NCBI GenBank assembly: GCA_000388065.2
Contig: KB932218.1
Strand: one strand, 5' to 3'
DNA: 13,955 nt
From: Fonticula alba ATCC 38817
Taxonomy: Eukaryota > Protista > Nucleariida
How positions within the stretch are numbered: the stretch's first letter is position 1; each line of letters starts with the position of its first letter. The notes below the pieces were generated by a model that was not told where the DNA came from, made no database searches, and saw only the letters and a list, made by a program, of their open reading frames with translations. Made by a program: the position numbers and the translations under genes. Below are positions 1 to 7,296 of the stretch, in pieces.

Positions 1-1
1 G

Positions 2-1099
2 TGCACGCTGCTCCGGGGGGATCTGGTGGCGGCGGCCGGCGGGTCGGCCGGCGCCGTGAAGATGGTCCCCAGTGGTGCGTGTGTTTCTTCTCTTTTTTTT
101 TTCGCATGTGTCCTGCTGGCTGACCGCCCGCCCCCCCGGCACAGACTCGGCCTTCCGGACGCAATTCGAGCCGCTCCTGGACCAGGAGATCGCCATTCTG
201 AGCCTGCTGCTGGCCGACGGCGGGTCGGCCTTCGTGTGCCGGCTGGTCGGGTACTCCACCACACCGCACCGGGCCCTGGTGATGCCGCACTACCCGGGGG
301 TGCTGTCGAGCCTGCTATGGCCGTCGTCGCTGGCCCCGGCACAGATCCTCGGCCTGGCGGCGGACATCGGTGCGTCGCTCCTTTCCCCCGCGCCCCGTCC
401 GGCATGTCGGTCACTGACCTTCCCCGCCCGCCCATAGCCGCCGGGGTGGCCTTCATCCACGCGCACGGCGTGGTGCACAAGGACCTGAAGCCGGAGAATG
501 TGTTTGTCCGGCCGGACCCGGCGGACCCGTCACGCCTGCAGCCGGTCATCGGGGACTTCGGCGTGGCCCTGGTGCTGAACCGGTTCTCGGTGATCCCGAC
601 GCTGGGGGACGTGGCGGCCGGCAGTCTGGCGTACGCCCCGCCGGAGACGCTGGCCCGGCTGCACGGGCTGCCCTTCGCCCTGGCCCCGCCGGACAGCAGC
701 GTGGTGTCCCTGCTGAAGGTGGACATCTACTCGCTGGGCGTACTGCTCTTCAGCCTGGTGGCCGCGGCTCGGCCCTGGTCCGGTGCGTGTTCTGCTTTGT
801 CCCCCGTGTGTGGGCCCCCTCTCTGCTCATCTCGCCCCGACCACTGACCGACCCACTACCCATGCGCCGCAGGCACCCCGCAAGCGGATATCCTGCGCGC
901 GGTGCTGGACGGCAAGCGGCCGGATGTGGCCCCGGGCACCGGGGCCCCGGTGCGGCTGGCCGATGCGGCCAGTGCCGCGCCCTGGCTGGCGGCCTTCCAA
1001 CAAGCCTACCGGCAGGCGTGGGCGGCGGACCCGCGCGAGCGCCCGGGCGCCGCGGCCCTGGCCGCCACGCTGGCCGACTTGGCGACAGGTTCCCCCTAA
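2..1099 (+). CDS. Protein kinase catalytic domain (Ser/Thr or TKL-type), 5'-partial, 4 exons: <2-74, 145-369, 438-782, 873-1099
   Basis: Manual splicing gives one continuous frame: ...GAVKMVPS/DSAFRTQFEPLLDQEIAILS...ALVMPHY...LAADI/AAGVAFIHAHGVVHKDLKPENVFV...IGDFG...GSLAYAPPE...KVDIYSLGVLLFSLVAAARPWS/GTPQADILRAVLDGKRP...QAWAADPRERPGAAALAATLADLATGSP*. Subdomains II (AVK), III (E), VIb (HKDLKPEN), VII (DFG), VIII (APPE), IX (DIYSLG) and XI (ERP) are in order. Both internal exons (225 and 345 nt) are multiples of 3. Confidence 0.93.
75..144 (+). other. Spliceosomal intron 1 of kinase gene (70 nt, phase 1)
   Basis: G|GTGCGT donor, T-rich interior, CTGAC at 120-124, CACAG acceptor ending at 144; removal restores the kinase frame. 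Confidence 0.88.
370..437 (+). other. Spliceosomal intron 2 of kinase gene (68 nt, phase 1)
   Basis: G|GTGCGT donor, CTGAC at 414-418, CATAG acceptor; joins ...LAADI to AAGVAFIH...HKDLKPEN. Confidence 0.9.
783..872 (+). other. Spliceosomal intron 3 of kinase gene (90 nt, phase 1)
   Basis: G|GTGCGT donor, CTGAC at 844-848, CGCAG acceptor; joins ...ARPWS to GTPQADILRAVLDGKRP (subdomains X-XI). Confidence 0.88.
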
Positions 1100-1481
1100 G
1101 CCGGCTACCCAATACACCTTTGACTATGACCTCCCGCCTGGCGGAGCATTGTGTGTGTGCCGCTCGTCGTGTTCGAGCGGTGCGAGCCCCGGAGGCCGCC
1201 CCCTCCGTCGGATGTGCCACCCGCCGCCATGCCAAAGGGGGGTCGCATTCCGCGAGCCCATCCCGGCGAATGCAAAAAAAGCAGGCAGGTCCATGGGCTC
1301 GGGCATCCGGGCGCCACGAACGCGCGCCCGCTGGCATGGGCTTCGCGCGGCGCGGCTTTCTCCGCCCCCTCTCTCTGCTCATATTCATCGTTCAGGCCCC
1401 CCTTTCTCCGGGGCGTGTTTTCCCTTCTCTCTGGGGGCGCGCGGCGCAGGCGGGAGGTGCGTGGGGCTGGGCGGCCGAGGG

Positions 1482-1485
1482 AAAA
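1482..1485 (-). terminator. Probable RNA polymerase III T-tract terminator of tRNA-Ala
   Basis: TTTT on the - strand begins 5 nt after the discriminator base (AGCTATTTT). Confidence 0.6.
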
Positions 1486-1489
1486 TAGC

Positions 1490-1562
1490 TGGAGGCGGAG
1501 GGTATCGATCCCCCTGCCTGCCGCATGCTAAGCGGCCGCTCTACCATTTGAGCTACGCCCCC
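1490..1562 (-). tRNA. tRNA-Ala (anticodon AGC), 73 nt, intronless
   Basis: The reverse complement folds as GGGGGCG TA GCTC AAATGGTA GAGC G GCCGC TTAGCAT GCGGC AGGCA GGGGG ATCGATA CCCTC CGCCTCC A: a full cloverleaf with anticodon AGC (1529-1527), the G3:U70 alanine identity pair, discriminator A and no encoded CCA (eukaryotic style). Confidence 0.96.
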
Positions 1563-1646
1563 GGGCGAAGTGCCCCCATGTGCCCGGGGTATTTGATCGT
1601 GCCGATTGGCCGGTCAGCCGGCAACAATGGCTGCCCTCTTGTCGGT

Positions 1647-1662
1647 GCGCGCGCGCGCGCGC
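1647..1662. repeat. (GC)8 dinucleotide tract
   Basis: Read directly: gcgcgcgcgcgcgcgc, about 85 bp upstream of the tRNA 5' end. Confidence 0.85.
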
Positions 1663-2480
1663 GGCCGCTTGCCGCAGGAGCCGAGCCACCCGGGGCGCAG
1701 CGACCGGCCGGCAATGCGCCCCGCCGTGATGGCGCCGCCAGAGTCCCGCCCTCGGGGCAGCCCGCTCGCTTGGCACCGGGGAACGCCTCGCCGGCTCCTG
1801 GTCGGGGCGGGGGGCGCTCTCCGCCAGGATGTTCGGCCTGCTGTTCGGGGCCCGACCGAGGGGAAGGTGTTCGCCCGGTGCGAGTGTCGTCCAACTCGGC
1901 ATCCACCAGGGGCACATAGATGCGGGGGGCCATCTGTGGTGCGCGGCCGCGCATGCCAGGCACCCATCCCATGCAAGCGCGCACGTGCACACCTACGCAC
2001 ACGCCAGCCTGCCCGCCTGCCCGCCTTTGCACGACGGAAGGACGGGCGGTGGCGTGCGGCCGTGTCGCAAGAAGAACCCAGCCAAGGCTACCGGCATCAT
2101 GACCCGACTCACGCCCGCTGCCTCCCCGGCTCCGCATGGCCAGGCCGCATGTGCAAACGGCGCTCCCACCCGGGAGGGGGACACACCATGGCACATCCGC
2201 CTGAGTACACGCCCCCCGGGCCACTGGCCATGCTGACAGACTGTGCCCATGGCGGACAGCGGCTCAGGAAGGCCGACGTGCACACCTGCAGCCGGGAGGT
2301 CTCAGATGCCAGGGCGCGCCGGCAGCCCGAAAACCAGCGAGGTCCATGCGCCGGTCCGGCTCCCCGCGGCTGGCAGGGGCGCGGTCGCCGATGGGCAGGG
2401 TCCGAGGTGCGGGGCACCCGAGACAGGCCTCCCGGCGGGCATTCCCCTTGTACGGGCTTGACAGCCGTCGAGGCGTGCGA

Positions 2481-2529
2481 GCGCGCGCGCGCACACACGT
2501 ACACATGCGCACACACACACACGCACACA
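2481..2529. repeat. Alternating purine-pyrimidine (GC/CA) microsatellite, 49 nt
   Basis: gcgcgcgcgcgcacacacgtacacatgcgcacacacacacacgcacaca; unbroken RY alternation. Confidence 0.85.
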
Positions 2530-2787
2530 AAGACATTTTCCCCCGGTCCTTCGGCGGACAGGACAGCGCATCACTCGCACACATGGCCGCCAGCCTGGCA
2601 TGAGGCAGCCACAGCCGGTCCGGCGGGCACCCGACACCATGGCCATGGCGCCTGGGGAGCCCAAGCAAGAGGGGGCCCTTCCCCCGGGCCCGGCCTGACG
2701 AGACGGGCGTGTCCGGCGCAAGCGAATCCGAGCCGCGTGCCGCCCAGCAGGCGGGCGGCAAGGGAATGGCACAGGGTGGGGGGCGGG

Positions 2788-3066
2788 AGGAGGGCGACGG
2801 CCCGTGACGAATGGCCGCCCACGAAGACGCCGCATGGCACGGCCAAGTGGCCCACCCTTAGGATTGTCCCATGGAAGGCCGTCAGCCGGGCCGGCAGCAG
2901 GAGCAGGGGCGAGAGGGACGTGTGCTCTTCCGATCTAGGAGGGCGACGGCCCGTGACGAATGGCCGCCCACGAAGACGCCGCATGGCACGGCCAAGTGGC
3001 CCACCCTTAGGATTGTCCCATGGAAGGCCGTCAGCCGGGCCGGCAGCAGGAGCAGGGGCGAGAGGG
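2788..3066. repeat. Exact 130-bp direct duplication (2788-2917 = 2937-3066) joined by sequencing adapter; assembly artefact
   Basis: The copies are identical at an offset of 149; the sequence between them is the Illumina adapter end. Confidence 0.9.
2917..2936 (+). other. Illumina TruSeq adapter / read-2 primer remnant GACGTGTGCTCTTCCGATCT
   Basis: 20-nt exact match to the 3' end of GTGACTGGAGTTCAGACGTGTGCTCTTCCGATCT; the second repeat copy starts right after ...CCGATCT. Confidence 0.95.
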
Positions 3067-3107
3067 GACCCGACAGGGAGCGGCGGCCCCACAGAGGCTC
3101 CTCTCGG

Positions 3108-3227
3108 GGCCGGGCGCGCCCGAGAGGGGCGAGGGCGCCAGGATGTTGGGCATGTGACCCGTCGGAGGCCGGGCGCGCCCGAGAGGGGCGAGGGCGCCAG
3201 GATGTTGGGCATGTGACCCGTCGGAGG
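3108..3227. repeat. Exact 59-bp tandem duplication (2 copies)
   Basis: ggccgggcgcgcccgagaggggcgagggcgccaggatgttgggcatgtgacccgtcgga at 3108-3166 and 3167-3225, followed by gg. Confidence 0.9.
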
Positions 3228-5672
3228 TCAGACCCCAGCTCTCCGGGTGATCAGCCCCCCCGGTGGCGCGGTTGTCCGGACCGAACACCACGCGAAAGGC
3301 CGCTGGGCCCGGGTTGCGGGCACCGGACAAAGCGGCATCGCTGCCGGCCGCACCGCCACCGAAACAGGCAGGGACACACACAGCTACCCCCGCCCGGCGT
3401 GCGCGGAGCGGCCTCTCCCAGGCTGGGCGGCGTGCTACGGCATGTCAGCAGGCCGCGCTGTCCGCCTGGCATGAGACCAGCTGGCGGGGGGTGCGAGGCC
3501 CTTTGCTCGTCGGACTCCCTCGCCCGGCCCTCGAATGGGCAGGAGAGTCTTCGCCACACAGAGGCCCCGCGCGCCGGGTGGATGGGCCGGCTGCCCTGCG
3601 GAGCGCCGGCCGGATGTATTTACGTTCTCCAGTCCCAGAAGGTGGTCGCCATTCGCCGCACGCCCCTCGGCCGCAGGAGCCCGGGGGATCTGGAGTGCGA
3701 CTCGCCTCTGGTGGCCCTGTCTGCCGTCGGGGCCGGGCGGTGTGCCGATCAAATAGAAAGACACCTCGCCCCCCGGGAGAGGGCGCACTCGCCACGCACA
3801 TCGGCATCCGTGGACCGGCTGACCGCAACGCCGGCCGGCTGTGCGGCCGCACATCGGCGCGTGCAGCATAGCAGCAAGGGGCGAGACACCGGGAGATGGG
3901 CATGGGTATGCCGGTCCCCGTGCGCGTGCCAGGGGCGGACCGCCGGCCACGGACCAGGGGCAAGGCCCGCCATGGCGTCCGGCCGGCACACCCGCCAGCC
4001 CGGCGCCCGTGGGCGCGACCCGTCCGCGCCGGCTCGCCGCGAGCGCTGGCCGCCGCCGCCACCCGGTGGCTTGTTGTCGGTGCGGGTGCCCTCCTCGGAG
4101 GAGGCCGAGGCACAGGGGTCGGCAGACCCGCCGGCGGCCGGGGAGCCTCGCCCGGCGCCATGGCTTCGGACTGCTGCACACCGCCCGGCGGGAGCCCGCC
4201 CGTGACACTGGCGAGGAGGGCCGGCAAGGTGGCTGGCCAAGCTCATGGGCGCGGGCTGCGCGATGTCCCGGCTGCGCATGCGCACGCGCCTCATGCGTGC
4301 CATTGAGAACCGCCGGCAAGGTGCCCGGGCCCCTCTGGGGCGGCGTGTCGCCGAACGCGACTGTCTGGCTCCGGCCGCCGGCCGGGGGTGGCCGGCATCG
4401 GCGCCAGCCTCGGACATGCATGTGAGGCGGCCCCATGGCACAAGTGTCGTGTGCACCGGGCGGGCGGTCCCGTGGAGGCCTCGCGCATCGGGGGACAGGC
4501 CGAGGGACCAGGAGGATGCCGGGAGAAACGAAAAGATGCCTCGCGCGCGCTCGCACACCTCCTCCGCCCCTGTCGCTCCGTGCGTCCCCCTGCCCTGGCA
4601 GTCTGGAGGTCGATCGAAGGGCGCCCGGCACATTGGCCGCCGAGTGGCTGGTGCCGAGAATAGCCGGGCTCGGCGCCTGGCGGCATGGCACGAGAGCGCG
4701 GCCATGGCGGCCCCCCCGGGGGCCGAGGCGCGCCCAGATCGCGGCCGGGCCTTCGGAGTCCCGGATTCGCCCGGCCCCAGGGCGCATCCAGCCATGCCGG
4801 GCCCTGCGTGCCGTCTCGCGGCCGCACAAGAGGCCGGCAGCCCACCGTGGGTGTCTGTCTTGGGGCCATGGCTTGCAGCACGGCCGGACAGCATCGGACA
4901 CCGCTCGGGGGGATTGCCGGCCGCGCCAGGCCGGACCATCGCACAGCCACACTTGCCGCACGCAGGCACGCCTCGGCGTGTGGCCGCCATGCCGGTCGGG
5001 GACACGACCGGGGGGACGGGGAAGGGGGGGGGGGGGTCCATCTGCCGCAGGGCCGCTGACGCCTGGTGCCTGCCCTTCGTCAGTGGGCCGGCCGGCCGGC
5101 CGGTCGATGTCACCATCATCGAGCCCACATGCGCCCGGGGCCGAAGGGACGGCCCCCCGAGGGACATGCCCTGGCGCATGCCGACTCGTCCCCCCCCCCT
5201 CCGGAAGGGCAAATCAAAAGAGCGCCGGCATCCGGGCCAACGGGGTGGCCGTCCATTCGGCCCCCGGAACGGCCGACGCCACATGGCGGCGCCAGGTACA
5301 CGGCTGTCCGCTGCCCGGGGACTTCCGGCGGCTGGTGCCGACTGCTCGCCGCCAGCCGGCCGATGTGTGGATTGCATGCCAGGAGCCGACAGGCCAATCA
5401 AGTTCCCTGGTGATGGAAGGACCACACGCGTGCCGGGCACGCCCGGTCGCAGCCGACCATCCGGCGGCGCGCGCTCCCCCCTCGGGACCCTTGCCCTCAT
5501 GTGGGGCACGGCGGCGGAATCGGCCGTTCGGCGTGAGACACACCGGAAGGCAGGCTGCTGTCGCCGAGGCTGGCCGGATGCCCAGCACGGGGATACCACC
5601 CCGGCGGGGGAGGGGGCGGAAAAGCGCCGAAAAAGACACGGACACGAGCAGAGAAAGTGAATGGCGGATGCC

Positions 5673-5703
<31 letters not shown>

Positions 5704-5720
5704 AGGGAGGGAGGGAGGGA
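5673..5720. repeat. Compound microsatellite (GA)12(GGGA)6
   Basis: Read directly; followed by a CA/ATAC-type low-complexity tract at about 5762-5795. Confidence 0.9.
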
Positions 5721-6376
5721 AGACCAGCAGGGCCAGGGCAAGGCCCACGCGCTTGGCCTGCCATACATACATGCACAGATACACACATGCACACGGGCAA
5801 GTCAGGCACAGGATGCGTCGGGAAGGGGAACAACGAGGAGAGGCCCGGCGAGGCAGGACGTCGGGAGAGGCCAATGCCGGGAGTGATGTGCCTTGGCGGG
5901 GGCGGCTGCCAAAGGGCTGCGCTGTGTTCGGCACGCGGCTGCCGGCCTCCGGCGGCCCGGGCGCCGGTCGGACAGCCGGCCGCCCAGGCCCCGATGCATG
6001 GACAGGCGCCAGGCGAGGCCCACCGAACAGGGGACCGCGGCCCGAGCGCAGCCGCCACGGCTCCAGCCACTGGCGCCTGCCAGGTGGCAAAGCGCCCAGG
6101 GCGCCCGGCCAACGGGCAGGGGCCACCAGCGGCGGGCGCCGGCGCCAGATTGGCCTCGCCCGAGGGGACGCGGCCGCCAGGACGGGTCTCCATGGCCCGG
6201 GGGCGTCTGCTCCGCTTGCGCCGGGCGGCCACCGGCCCGGCGCCATCGGGCAGGAGCCGGCGCCTGGGCCAGGCCCGGCCCCCAATAATATATCGCCGTC
6301 CCGCGAGATCACCCAGGTCTGTGGACCGCGTTGTGCCGGTCGCCGGGACCCGCCCGGCGCACATCCCCCATGATCA

Positions 6377-6500
6377 NNNNNNNNNNNNNNNNNNNNNNNN
6401 NNNNNNNNNNNNNNNNNNNNNNNNNNNNNNNNNNNNNNNNNNNNNNNNNNNNNNNNNNNNNNNNNNNNNNNNNNNNNNNNNNNNNNNNNNNNNNNNNNNN
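6377..6500. other. Assembly gap (124 N)
   Basis: Run of N. Confidence 1.
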
Positions 6501-7296
6501 CCCGCAAAGGGCCCGGGGGTGCCCCCCCCCCCCCCCCAGGTGGACGGGCCGGCCAGGCACCCCGGGCGGGGGCGCGCAGCCCAGCGTGGTACCAACGAAC
6601 CGCCTCAGGCGGCGCCATACCCCGGCGCCGAGGCGTTCCCGGCGGACCCACGGGCGGGGGGCCGTGCGCGTGGCCGGCATCCAGGCCCGTTCCATGGGCC
6701 GGCTGGCACCCCGGGCCCCTGTTGCATGTGCATGCCCGCCCGGCCCCCGGGCGCGTGCCCCCCTCCCGATGGCCGGCGAGCGCGGCCAGGCCCAGGGGGG
6801 GCGCTCGCCCGACCAACATGTGCCCGGAGGCCGGACCGCACGGGCACCCGGCCGAAAAATAACGCACCCTCAGGGGGGTGTATATTCACGCTATTTTTAA
6901 GGAACCGCCATATTCCATGGTCCTCGGTGCGCATGGCCCGGGGCATTACACCCGCCCCCTGAGCGGGGGCGGGGGATCGTGCGGGATGCGGCTCTATTAT
7001 CATCCCCCAGCAACTGGTGTTATTGTTTTGACCATGCCCCCGTGCCGCCGGGCACGCATTCTCCGGTCCGGTTCCTGGCCCGGGGCAAACGTGGCGTGCA
7101 TGCCCCCCCCCCCCCCCGGCCAGCCGAAACGCGCGGATCGCCGGCGGCCCCAAAGAGCAGCACCGCGCGGCCTCCCTGGGCGCCCCCGGCCGGGAGGGCA
7201 GAACAACCCGCTCCCCTCCCCCCCTCTCTCCGCTCGCCCCGCCCCCCTTTTCCTCGCCTCCTCCCTACGGCCGGTCCCCTTCCGCAAGCCAGCGCC

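Noticed and set aside
26-1919. ORFs 26..847, 72..437, 783..1919, 787..1488 and 902..1099 as separate genes
   Set aside because: They are fragments or read-throughs of the four kinase exons, joined by three canonical introns.
1934-2000. Possible minus-strand intron (GTGCGT...CACAG) leading into MAPRIYVPLVDAELDD...
   Set aside because: There is no CTGAC branch point, the flanking 'exon' is repeat-like, and the peptide is unrecognisable. Too weak to call.
2788-3227. CRISPR-like or mobile-element repeat-spacer structure
   Set aside because: There are only two copies of each repeat, the 'spacer' is Illumina adapter, the context is eukaryotic, and no cas or transposase gene or terminal repeats are visible.
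1606-6364. Long Arg/Pro/Gly/Ala-rich ORFs (536, 444, 471, 483, 508, 871 aa) as bona fide genes
   Set aside because: Stop codons are scarce at this GC content, several frames are open at once, no domains are recognisable, and some run through adapter or microsatellite sequence.
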